Source: Selaginella moellendorffii
Taxonomy: Eukaryota; Plantae; Lycopodiophyta
Assembly: GCF_000143415.4 (NCBI RefSeq)
Contig: NW_003314359.1
Coordinates: 95,477-159,476 of the forward strand
DNA length: 64,000 bases
Reading direction: 5' to 3'
Shown: one piece after another, positions 1-12,403 of the stretch
Layout of the letters: each line of letters starts with the position of its first letter
Position numbering within the stretch: position 1 is the first letter of the stretch
Notes under the pieces: model-generated
Database searches by the model: none
What the model saw: only the letters and a program-made list of their open reading frames with translations
What the model was told of the DNA's origin: nothing
Made by a program: the position numbers and the translations under genes

Positions 1-6
1 TATATA

Positions 7-3000
7 CAAGTACTTACCTAGCAAATGCTGGGTGGTTTACAAAGAGGTTTAATATAAAACCTCTTTATAAATAATGTTGATTGTAAAAACAAAAGGATCT
101 TGAGGAAGGAGGTGGCTTTGGCGTGTGGTGTTTTGAACTTTAATTCCAAGTCCATGTGGTGATGTGCCTCTTGATAAAGCCACATAAAGTTGCCCATGAG
201 TGAAAACTGAGTGGGGCAAATAAACTCCAACTCGGTCAAATGTTTGTCCTTGGCATTTGGAGATTGTTAAACAGTAACCCAAACAAATTGGAAATTGTTA
301 TCTAGACATTTTGAAGGGAATTTTTGTATTTGATGGTATTAGTGTGATATATGGGATAAAAACTCTTGTCCCTTTAAATTACCCCACCACAATTTCACAA
401 TCTAAAACATTTGGTAGTACATTTTTTAGGATGAGATGTGTGCCGTTGCATAGTCTTGTTGATGGAGACATATTTCTTAGAAGGATAAAAATAGCACTTT
501 GTTTGAGAGAGAGTTTATGTGATGGGAGAATAGAAAGTGTAATAGAATTTAGGAATTCTATAGGAAAATTTTTAGGATGTTCAATATCAACAAAATCAAT
601 GTTTTTGTAGATATATGTATCACCTTGTAATCTAGAGACAATAGTGTTGTTGATTGCAAATGTATCATTGTTAAGTGGGGTAAGTATGACTCGATTGGCT
701 ACAATATAAGGGTTTGAAAGATCAAGTACCGAAGGGTAGACAAAATCAATAATAAATGAATAAATTAGTTGTGTATGAGGTAATAAAATAGAGTTAGAAG
801 GTAAAGATGGTAAATTTTGAAAATTTTCATGATTTTTGACATTGAAAAGCCATTCAGCCCATGATTTATCACTTTTAGCAAGTTGCATATTTGTTTTCAA
901 AGATAACTTTCTAAATAATTTCCATAATTTATTCATTCTTACAAAACTTGAAACAATTTGTGCCTTATGTTCATGTGGAATGACTGGAAGTGTCCATCTA
1001 AAGTCCCTACTAGTGACAACAATTATGCCACCAAAAGGTAATAATGTATTTTTTAGTTCTCGCAACACTCAATCAACAGTAGTGAATGCATGAATGTGAA
1101 TCATACTTATTTCATCCCATAAAAATACGTTAGTAGTTTTGATTCTTATATCTACTTTACTATTAGTAATTATAGTAGAAGTTGATGTTTCATTTATTGG
1201 GACAGAAAGTTTAAAAGTAGTATGTTAAGTTTGGCCATTATAGAATAAAGTACTTGCAATTCCTGTCCAAGCCATGCTAATAACGTTTATTTTCTTCAGT
1301 TGTAAAATATTTATAAGAGTGTTAAGAAGAAATGTTTTCCCAGTACCACTAGGGCCATCAATGAAAATCTATTGATTATGCTCAATTGGGTGATCAATAA
1401 CATTAATAATATCATCAAAAATATTTAACTGTTCTTGATTAAATCAAGGAATATTTTGTTCAACATTTTGATATATTTGTGTTGAGTTGACAATATTTTC
1501 ATCATCAAAATTTTCAGACGGCAAAGATAGATGGTAGTTTTGATTAGTTTTGCTATGCATTTTCATTTTAATATTTATATCATGTAAAGCATATTCATAA
1601 TGAAAAATTAAATTTGTTTGCATGAAATCCTTAGAGAGGAAGTCTTTAAATTTATCCCATAAAAAGTAAGGATCTTTTGGAGTGCAAAAGATACAAAGTA
1701 ATATAAATAATTATCTTAATTGTGATACTATTTTAAAAGAGAAAGCATCTTTTAAACATTTTTCCCATTCGGTATCATTAGCTATAAGCCCCATTGCATC
1801 TACAATTTGTTGAAATGTGTCATAATAAATATTGTTAACTGTCTTGAGATCTTTAAAATACATAGCATCTTTATTATGGAGTAAAATAAGACATAAATGA
1901 TATAGTTCAACATTAAATGGTGACACAAAATACATTCGGGGAATAACATTTCTTATATGTCAAATTTGGCAATTATGAGTATAAGGGTTAAATATATAAT
2001 ATAAAGGGATTTCATGATATATATATTTTCTAGTATTTAGGTCATTTATATTTAATTCAAACCATTTTATCAACATCGTACCATTTTGAGTAGCTCTTTG
2101 AAGTGCCATTTGTTCAAAACATTCTATAAAATAGACATTTTGAAAATTTGGAAGATGGATAGGAAGACAGATTATAGGGGTCGAATGACCATGCATTTTA
2201 AATTTAAAAAATCTCCATATTACTTCTGGAATAAATCATATAGGATGGAAAGATATACATTATTATAACAAAAAAATTTACACTAGATTTGCATATTTGC
2301 TACTTGTGGTTAAAAAGTATTAGTACCACTCATACTTTTAGAGCAAAGCATTTTAGGGTTTCATTTTTGACATCTATATTGATACTATGGTAATTTTAAT
2401 GAATTATTTGTTTCATTAAGGCATGAAGTGTTCACCATACATAATGTGTATTTAAAAAAGTTGAGATTTCATCCTAATTTAAAATATTATCAAGTTGTTG
2501 AGTTGATGAATGGATTTCAATTGTAGCACAATCATAACCTTTATAGACATATTGAAATAAATACTTAATACTTTTTATAGCAGCACAAATTTCAATATTA
2601 ATATGAGCATTATATTTTTTACAAAGGTATTTATTAGAAGGCACTACCCAATGATTATCAATATAACACCCATTTCTTAGAAATGTAAACCCATTATTAG
2701 GTCTATAATAATCTGGATATCCATCAACACTAAAAGTATTTTCATAATTAAATTTTTTTGGATAACCTTTTGAGCAAGTGCCATTTTCCATGCAAAGACT
2801 ATTAGGGTAAAGAGGCCTACATGGACCATGTATCATATGAGATGTAATTATTTTAGAAATTTTAGGTTCATCTTGAGAATCAAGCAACTGTGCCATTATG
2901 TATTTGTCAATAGCATCACGGTCTTTAATCTTGTTTTCATGAGATAAAATCCCTAAAAAGTGACAATGTGGAAGGCCTCTCTTTTGAAATTTAATTACAT

Positions 3001-4581
3001 ATATAAAAGCAATAAAATTTCTAAAAATATATTTTTTAGTAATATCATTCAAAAATTCTTTAAGTTTGATATGAAATACTCTAGAAACCAAGTTTGGACG
3101 ATCCTCAGGACTTTCATTTGGATGTAAATTTTTAGAAATTTCTGGCCATTTGGGATTACATGTAAAAGTAATGAAAAGATCTAGCTTTGAAAAATGAGTA
3201 ACTATAGCCATTACATCTTGATAATTTTGTTGCATTGCTCTACCCCCAAAACTTGAAGGTAAAATAACAATCTTGCTTGGATTTATATTTTCATTAGTAG
3301 CATGGTTTGCAACATAATCCATAAAACCAGTATACATTTTAACTCATAGTTGTTTCTGATGAGTGTGATAGTAATTCAAATTATTGCTTTCAACTTTTAC
3401 ATAAGCATCAGCTATATATTGTTGTATGAGTTTTCCTGCATGTAAAATTTGATCAAAACCAAAGTGTATTGTGTCTCTTATAGATAAACAGTATACATAA
3501 TATTGGAGTAATGTAATTTGACGTCCGAAATTAAAAATATTTTGGTGCCAGCCTTTGTCACCAAAAGGAAATATTAATGGGTAAACCATTGGATCACAAT
3601 TATAATCAAGTGTTGAGATACATTTAGAATTGCTTACAGTTGGATATATACAAATTTCACAACTATATAGCAGTTCTCCATCATCACTAACAAACACAAT
3701 AGCAACATCATTTATCTAAAGAACATTATAGCGTCATGGATCAGTTCTTTCAGTTTTTAATAACATGTAAACACCACGTATAGGATAACCTGAAAGTGTA
3801 ATAGAACAAATTTCTTCTTGTTCCATTTCATACATCATTTTGAAAGCTTGAGCATATGGGTTAATATGATGAAGGAGAGCATCAAGATGTTTAAATAAGT
3901 TTGTCTCACAATTTGAATTAAAAGGGTTTTGCTTTCTTATATCTATAACTTCTAGAGTATCAAGCATATAAAGTTGTCCATAAATTTGATATTGACCTTC
4001 AGAAGGATGTGTTGATACAATATTATGATATATTTGACCATGGATTTTAAAGCAATAAGGACCATGATCTTTTACAATATCAATATTAGAAGACATAGAT
4101 GCAAAAGCAAGAGCACTATTGTAGTGTCTAATATCAAATGGTAAAGGTGATCATGATAATGATTATATACACCAATCAGTTGGATAGTCCTAAGCATCTA
4201 GAACCTTACATGCATGTCATTATGATGATTACATATATCAAGCAATATTAAATCCACCACTCCCACCCATGAATACCATACTAGCAAGCCATAGCATTTA
4301 TAATGACTTTAACATTATAAATTTTAATATCGGTAGTTTATCATTTGTTTGTACTTTTTGTAATGCATTGCATTTTAAAGATGAAAACTCTTCAATGTGT
4401 TGCCAGAATAACCAAGTTATATTACCTCCAATTTTAATATTATGGTGTATAGAATCATTATCATGATTATTTTGAGCAGCTATATTATGTGTATCATGAT
4501 CAATCATAGTTTTAGAGGCATCATATACATATAAAGATAGCATAGAGAGAGACATATACAGACAGATAGATATATGTATAG

Positions 4582-4582
<1 letters not shown>
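7..4582 (-). mobile_element. Helitron, degenerate RepHel coding region, both termini apparently present
   Basis: Minus-strand fragments carry Rep motifs (KFQKRGLPHCH, KYLFQYVYKG in 2474-3337) and PIF1 helicase motifs (FIDGPSGTGKTF ~1330-1365, WDEISM ~1105-1120, KCQGQT...HGQLYVALSR in 49-282), with many stops and frameshifts. The 3' end on minus reads ACCCAGCA-TT-TGCTAGGT (hairpin), AAGTA, CTTG|T (degenerate CTAG|T). The candidate 5' end is A|TCTATAC at 4582, beside a (TA)n tract. Confidence 0.92.

Positions 4583-4585
<3 letters not shown>

Positions 4586-4614
<29 letters not shown>
4586..4614. repeat. (TA)n microsatellite
   Basis: Directly visible, next to the candidate Helitron 5' end. Confidence 0.9.
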
Positions 4615-4619
<5 letters not shown>

Positions 4620-5534
4620 GAGTTTGTATAGAAGTTTATGCAGAATAGAAAGCAGACTACAGTTGGATATATATAAAATTCACAACTATGTAATGATCTG
4701 AAAGGAAAATATTAGACTTTTGCAAAGCACACTCAAGAACAACGTAATAATTCCAATGTTGTGTTTACCAATCTCTGCCTCATAATCCACAGCTTTGCAA
4801 TTTTGAGCTGCAGCCCCAAGTGTTGCTCCTACACCAGCATCAGGTTACCTGGCACAGCATCCGAGACACCTGAGAAAGCCTATAAGCACGCATCATTGAA
4901 ACCGGCCCTCAAAATCTCAGAAATTGGAACTAAATTCTACATTTGATGGAAGCAGTATCGGACTGAAAAAAAATCCCTCACCATATGCTGAAACAACAAT
5001 CCCTCACCAAGCCCAGCAGCAAGGGATTCCTTGACAAAATCCGGAGATGAAGAGGGAGTGTCCTTGATAATTGCTTTCCTATAGGCCAAAGAGCTCGTGA
5101 GGCAGTGGCAAATAGGGATCAAAGCTTTGTTGAGTTGGAGATGAGCTAATTTGCCTCTCACAGTCCTGAGTTAATCCCGAGAGGAGCTTGGATTGTGTGC
5201 CCAACTACCATTCTGCTTGCCCTTGTTACTTACCACACACAGGCTCTCACGGGGATACTTACACAACCGTGTCTGAGCAGAGCAGCCATGGAACCCTAGG
5301 AGTGCATGGCATAACACCTGTCACCACGCCCTCTTCCCTTCCCAGCCATACGTGCATCCTGCCTATTGGCCACTACAACATTGAGCCGATATTCCTGCTA
5401 ACCATGGCCACTGGCCCTGGCCCTTGTGTGTAAATAAATTAAAATAAACTATGAAGAACTACAAAGACAATATCATAAATTTTTATAAGAATACTTCTTA
5501 AAGATTATAATATTTGTGATTTATAATTTATAAA

Positions 5535-8500
5535 ATATGAGGTCCAAGTGTCAGATTAATTTCAATCTGGACCACTTACTCCTATATATAAGTTAAGGTT
5601 TTTGGACTAATTGATATGCATATTTCTTATATTTTCTTTCCATATTCCATACACTCACATTGGTGGAGATAAAGGGCAACTTTGATTGAGTGTTAGAATT
5701 TGGGATTTTAGTTTAAATTTAGCTTTTGCATTGTCTAGATCTTCTTTTTCTTATTGCTTTTGAGATTTTGCTTTAGATTTAACTTTTGCATTGTTTAAAT
5801 CTCTTTTTTCTTATTGCTTTTCTTAACTTCTTATCTTTTGCTCTTTCCTTTTCGTTCATCTTCCAAAGCAATAGCCTCCTCCTCCTTTGACTCTAGAGTA
5901 GCAGTTGGTACAATTGCTCAATATTATGTGGTTGCAATTGAATAATTAGATTCAATTAATGACAGCATACATGGTGCATGGTACAATTCCTTCTACTCTT
6001 GCTACCAATCCTCACATCTAGCTAAAGTTCTTCAGTGGGAATCATAAGGACGATATGTACAATTGGTTTGATCACTTCACAGTGATTGCCATATATCATT
6101 CTTGGGATGATGTTTAACGTTTGTGTGAAGTTCCCACGTGTCTCCAAGGAACAGCATTGCAATGGTACAATGGTTTTAGTGCAACCACTTATGAGGATTG
6201 AAACATTCTCCTAGATGTCTTCAAACGCATATTTAGACATGCTAATGATTGTGATTATGCCTTTCAACAATTGCATTATCTTCATTAAAGGCTATCTAAG
6301 TGTATAATGCAATTTGGCATTTGTTTTTAAAACCTTTTACTTCGTGCAAAGCCAAATATGTTAGAGCAGATCAAGTTAAAAATGTTGTGGCCAACACTTC
6401 GTCAAGATATGGTAGGACTTGTACATACACTTGCTCCAACCACCCTTGATGATGCCCTTCGCTTGGCACAATGTTATAAGACATCACCTCTTCCACTTTT
6501 TGTTGCACGTCCTTTAGCTCCACTTCATATGGGAAATAGTTCTGTTCCAATGGAGGTTGATGCTACTGTTACTCGAGTTCAAGGACTAGGACAAGAACAT
6601 TGTTATGGCCGTGATATCTGTTACTAGATGTGTGATGAAGTTAGTCACACTTATTAGCATTATTGGTATTTTCCGGATTGATGACCTCCATTTCCTGGAT
6701 GGAGATCTTAGCATCAACATCTTATTGGTGCTGCTGCAATTCAAGGGCTAGACACCAAGATGCATCTGAGAAATAAAGAGTCACACGAGTAATAAAGGGA
6801 CCTTATGTGAATAAGTTAGTGACCCTTTCATCTTTCTTTTGGGAGTATCATCAAGGGGTTCACTCGACACCAGTTCATCTAGTGTTTATTTTCCAAATTC
6901 ATTTCTATAGCAAGAGCTTTTCTATTATTCTCTATATGTTAGTTGATATAGACTCGAATTTATGTTCTATTGCTTGGCTTATTGCCACGGTTGTGTGTGT
7001 AGATAATTTTGAGCTTGAGTTGTAGTCATTGTGGGTGGTGTTGAGTCAAGTTTTTGACCTCATCTTTAGTATGGATTAGATGCAGCATAATCATGGCAAA
7101 TATGACTTTAAAGTTTTCCCCCTTGTCTTATACTTCTTGATATTTCTTCCATTCCTCTCACTTCTGTACTTTTTCATTCTTCTTCTACCTTTGTTTCCAT
7201 CACTTTTGTTTCTCCCTTACTTCCTCCTAAGTTTCTGTCTTATTCCTCTTTCTTTTTTCAATCCCTCTAACAGTCTTTGGGTTGTAGCAATTGACCGACT
7301 CATAAAGAAGTATGCCAATCTCTTTGAATTTAATCTATTATTCGAGACCAAGATTGCAACACATTATCCTATTCCAACTAGGGATGCTTGTCCAATCAAG
7401 TTCATATTCGTCATCAGTCACCCAAAGAGATTAAGATTTTATGTGTAAACATCAAAAAGATGTTGGAAAAGGGAGTTATTTTAAAGTTATGGAATCCTTA
7501 ACTGTATTAACCTCATCTTGTGACAAAGTCTGATGGGAATATTCATTTCTGCATTGACTATCATCTGTTAAACAAAATAACGATCCCAGATATATACCTT
7601 CTTCTTCACACTATTGATCTCTTGGATTGTTTAGAGAGAAGTTGTTGGTTTACTAAGTTAGATCTTGCTTATAAGTACTAACAAGTACTAATGGCCGAAG
7701 AAAATATTCTTAAAACTGCATTTTATACACCATTTGATTTGTACAAATTCTTGGTGATGCCATTTAGTTTGAACAATGCTCCAGCAACTTTTTAACAAAT
7801 TATAGATAAAGTTCTTTGTGATATGCCGAAAATGACTACTAACTTCATCGATAATATCTTGATCCACTCAAAAGGGACATAAGAAGAACATGTCTGTAAT
7901 GTTCGTAAGGTGTTGGATCAGCTATAAAAAGTTGGTTTAAGGCTGAAGCGATTGAAGTGTATATTTGGGTCCAAAGACATGACTTATCTTGGTACTGTAT
8001 TTCTCGTAAGGATTTGCAAGTTGATCCTGACAAACTTATGGCCATTCTAAAATTCCCTACTCCGAAGTGTGTGAATGATGTGCATTGCTTCTTAGGCAAT
8101 ATGCAATATTTTAGTCATTTGTTGATCATCTTTCTAATCGTATTGCACCATTGCAAGCATTGCTGAAGTTGTCAATATCATCTTTTATCTAGTTTATAGA
8201 CTGTAAGCAGGGGTTTACAAATCTCAAAGAACTATGGATGACTCCTCTAGTTTTGGCATATCTTGACTATACTCAACCTTTCATTTTGCACGTGGATGCT
8301 TTTGATATCAATCTTGGAGGTATATTGATAAAAGAGAGCTTGAGTGTACTTGGTTAGTGCCATCCCATTGCATATATCAACCATAAATTATAATCAGCAG
8401 AGGTGAACTACTCCACGATAGAGAAAGAGTGTTTAGCAACAATTTAGGGTTTTGAGAAATTTTATGCATATCTATATGGTTCTCAGATATTATTTAAACG

Positions 8501-10307
8501 TGATCATGCTGTAATTACTTCATTATTAAAACAGAAGAACTTAGTTGATCATACTACTTGGTGGGCTTTGAAGCTTTAGATATATGATTTTGATGGTGTT
8601 CATTGCTCAGGGAGTTCTATGGCTAATGCTGATGCTCTTTCTTGAGCTCTTTTTCCTTCTTCATTCTTTTTTTTCTCATGTTTCTGATAAACCTATTATT
8701 CTAGTATATGTGGATTTTTTGGATGAAGATTTCATGCTGTTAGCAATTATTGTACTTGACATTCAATATCCACAAGATGTAAAGTAGGATTTACCTTCTC
8801 TTGATAAAGTTCATGAGGCTCAAAAAATTAAGCTATGGATTCGAAGGCTTCGTGATGGGTTTGAGAATCTTGCATCATTTGCTAATGACTTGCTATTTTG
8901 GCATTTACATTTTCAATATCACCTTAAAGATGGTCTTTTTTATTTTTTGGGGACAGATCCTGATGATCATTTACGGCTGATGATGCCTTCAATCTTTATT
9001 CCACACTTTTTTTCCATACCTACTATGATTCTCCTATTTTAGGTGGGCATATAGGACATCATTGTGTGACCAAGAAGTTACATAAATTTTTAAATTGGCC
9101 AGAGATGTGATGTGATGTTATTTGGTATGTGCGTAATTGCGTTTGGTGCCAAGTTCATAATACTTCCTCTCGTGCTACAGGACAGTTAAAGTCGATTGTA
9201 GTTTCCCATCCATTTGAGTTGGTGGCATTTGATTTAATGAGACCTTTTCCACGATCGACTGCTGGCAATGAGTATGTCATTATTTCTTTTGACTACTTGA
9301 CTCGCTGGATGAAAGTCGGTGCTCTTGTTAATACATTTGCAACTGCTATTGAATATTTCCTCCTTAATCAATTGGTGTTTCAACATTCCTATCTAGAGAG
9401 GATTCTTTCAGATAATAGTCCCGTATTTATAGCTGAGGCATTTTACGTTTTGATGTCTTGGTTGGCGATACACCACACTTTCACAAGTGCTTATCATCCA
9501 CAATTAAACGGTTTGGTGAAATAGCTCGTTCAAACCTTCAAAAGGATGATCACAAAATACATAAACTTTTAGCATTTGGATTGGGATGGTTTTTTTCCAT
9601 CTCTTTGGTATACATATGTGACAAAAGTGTAGAGTTTTGTTGGTGCTTCACCATATAAACTCCTATATAGTTATAATTTAATACTACCAATGGAGTTGGG
9701 TTTACCTTCGTGATTGCTATAGGCTACTGATACAAGGTTGTGGGATCAATATTTAACAAGCATTCTTCCACTTATTCAAGTAAAGTTTACAGAACATTTG
9801 AGCCACATACAAATGGGTAACAATGGCGCTACAACTCCCATCATCGTCCACTTGTGGAGTACAAAGTAGATGACTTGGTATTAGTCCATTTTCCCTATCT
9901 TACGGTACATGGTTTATCTAAAAAGCTTTTTGCTCAGTGGAAAAGACTATATCAAGTGTTATAGCAAGTTAGACCATAAATTTATAAAGTTCAACATGAT
10001 GTTCAACAGACCAATCCTCTAAAAATTATGCATGTGCAACGGTTGAAACATTTTGTACAAAAGGATCATGAACAATTAACACCACATATAGATCCATTAA
10101 TGCCTCCTCCTGATGTTCCTCCAAATCCCAGCCTATCCACAAGAAAACCTTAACAGTCTTTCATCATTCTGAAAGAAGGGGATGAAATATGAGTGCATAG
10201 AATATAAAAAGAGATGTGCATAATAATTAGCCCAAAAACCATATTTTATATATAGAAGTACATTAATATTAGTATACAACATTATAGCTATACACTTGGA
10301 CATCATA
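5535..10307 (+). mobile_element. Ty3/Gypsy LTR retrotransposon, heavily decayed gag-pol
   Basis: ...CTCACA-T is followed by a PBS TGGTGGAGAT (5661-5670, matching a tRNA-Ala 3' end). Gag remnant with PMEVD (~6547); RT motifs [32 protein letters not shown] (7545-7865); RNase H VDAF (~8292); integrase core 9129-9524 (VAFDL...DYLTRW...SDN...HPQLNG); PPT GAAAGAAGGGGATGAAA 10171-10187. The RT-RH-INT order defines Gypsy. Confidence 0.92.
5718..5821 (+). repeat. ~60-bp tandem duplication in the Gypsy 5' leader
   Basis: TTT(A/G)..TTTTGCATTGT.TA.ATC...TTTTTCTTATTGCTTT occurs twice, about 60 bp apart. Confidence 0.7.
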
Positions 10308-10576
10308 AAAAGAAATAATTAAATTTTACATAACATATTTTTGTGAAAATCATCTGCAGATAAATTTATATTATATTAGTTATCAAAATCAAGATATAGT
10401 CTTGCCATATTTATGTAATAAAAAATAAAATAGAGAGTGTTTTATATGTTTTGCTTTAAATTTTCTTCTAGGTAAATTTTCTTTAAACACTTAAATGAAA
10501 ATTATAGAATAAAGAGTACAAACCAATAAAGTGTATCTAACTCATAATAGCTTATTAATTTCTTTTTTAAATCTTA

Positions 10577-12308
10577 CTAAAAATTAGTTGCAGTATGAGC
10601 CAAGTGCTTGATTGCATCTTTACACAAGATCTGAGCTCCATGAGGTATTGTGGGAGTGAACCTCTGCAGCTTTGCATACTGTGATATAAGCTCAAGCATA
10701 TATCTGTAGACATGGTCCATTGTCAACTCCTTGGTTATAAAGTCCTGCCCATGCCTGCCTATTGCTTCAGCCTAGAACAACAACATTTGTCAACATAAAT
10801 TGAAAACAAGTGTGGATTTTTCTACCTCAAGTGGATGAGAGTTTCCCCACTTGACTGCCGCTTGTATCTCTTGACACATCGTATCTGGGTTTGCGCTTAT
10901 GGCCAGATGAGTCAAGTTTGGTATTAGTCCCGCACTGAAAAATTCTCTGTACTTGGATTCTACGTTCAACATGGTGGAACCGCATGCCATCCGGTATTTC
11001 AGGCTCGCTGACCATGCGGCCCCTTCCACGTAAATATTAAACCTGGAAAAGACTACAGTCAGCGTAAGGTAATATTTCCTGCCATTTACCTATCTTTGCA
11101 TTGTTGTGACAGCCTTGAATTTGGGAATCCAGCTCTCGATTCAGATATCCAATCCTGCCAAGGAACCTTACAGCTTTATCCATAAGGTTGAACTTAGCTT
11201 ACCTGGTCAAGGATTTCCGTTTCCAGAGATTGGCACTGAAGAAGATGGCTCCGCAGCTTTCCCATCCGAGAGTTTCCCTTCCAAAATGCAGCCGGCCTTC
11301 TCTCGCTCCATTTCACCTCCCGAGAGCCAGCGGTGATCTGCTGAGATTGTTCCTCCCACGGAGGGATATCCACCTCCGGCCTGCACACAATAGCTAAATA
11401 TTCCTGTAACCATGATTCTTACCATCCCCAGAATGAGAAGTCAGGAAACGGTATGTCGAGCATATCATTAGTTGTGCAATAGCTGAATACTGCTGGAGCT
11501 TCATCCTCCTGATTCAAAGAAACTTTAGAAGATATATGATTTCGTTGATACGACTACCTGACACAAATCTCTGGAATGAAAAGACGAATAGCGCGTTATC
11601 ACTGGGCGGTCTTTGCAGTTGAGCACAAAATCAACGTCAGGGACCTTTCCAGGAAACCTTTCTAGCAACAGTAAAAGTCCCCATGCTGTGAAGATGCTGC
11701 GGCTTTGTGGGCACTTTCCGTACACCTCTATATAGAGCTTTCCTTGAGAAATCACCATCCTCATTGAGCCTTTCTTCCTTGCGGCACTCAAGCTCGATTT
11801 CGTGATCCCGCCATCTTTCCATGGCCGCAAGTCCGTGTCAATACTGTCAAAATATTTTGGACGAGAATGGCCCTGGTTATGGTTGTCAACCCTAAGTTCG
11901 GGTTCCTGCGAGCAATGAAGCCGAGCAGACCTCACTAACGCAGACTCCTCTGAAACTTGTATCCAATTTATCAGAACGAGCGCTGTCAAGAAACCCAACC
12001 CCGTCACAAGATACCTTTTCTTCATCCCTGCTCAAATTGTCTAAAACCCTTTGTGACTTCAAATAAGAGCCGACTTCACCCAATATCTGTGATTCATGAA
12101 AACGAGGGATTGCTCCTTGTCTGGCCGTGTGGTCAAAGCTCAGCAACTTCCTGGTCTCGTTCCAGTGGACGTCAAGGTAAGCCCAGAGTGCTCGAGCGAC
12201 CATGGCTCCTCCTGGATGGGGTAGTGATGGAGGATGTGAGGGAGTGCTCTTGGCCCAGGCGGGGACTTGGTCTCTTTGTCGGCCATAGCGGGAAGATCGT
12301 CGAGTCAT
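10577..12308 (-). CDS. GT90/CAP10 (DUF821, Rumi/KDELC-like) glycosyltransferase, copy a (multi-exon)
   Basis: Motifs VPDVDFVLNCKDRP, DIPFPDFSFWGW|PEVDIPPW, AAFWKGN, EGAAWSASLKYRMACGS, plus an N-terminal TM anchor. GT-AG introns of ~50 bp; stop at 10577. The 5' exon (12308-12080) is inferred; the alternative start is the ATG at 12025. Confidence 0.85.
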
Positions 12309-12403
12309 GGCAGCAACTAGAAGGTAAAGTTCTCTCAATCGCGGAATCTTCTCATCATACAATACAGTGGATGGTTTACATTGCATTCAAGCTCTCTTTT
12401 CTT

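Noticed and set aside
4657-4690. ~33-bp near-copy of Helitron sequence 3635-3667 just outside the candidate 5' end
   Set aside because: Too short and AT-rich to interpret; probably a scrap of another Helitron copy.
7080-7448. Hydrophobic 122-aa ORF as a membrane or env-like protein
   Set aside because: It lies between protease and RT in a T-rich, C>T-decayed part of the Gypsy pol region; the composition explains the Phe/Leu richness.
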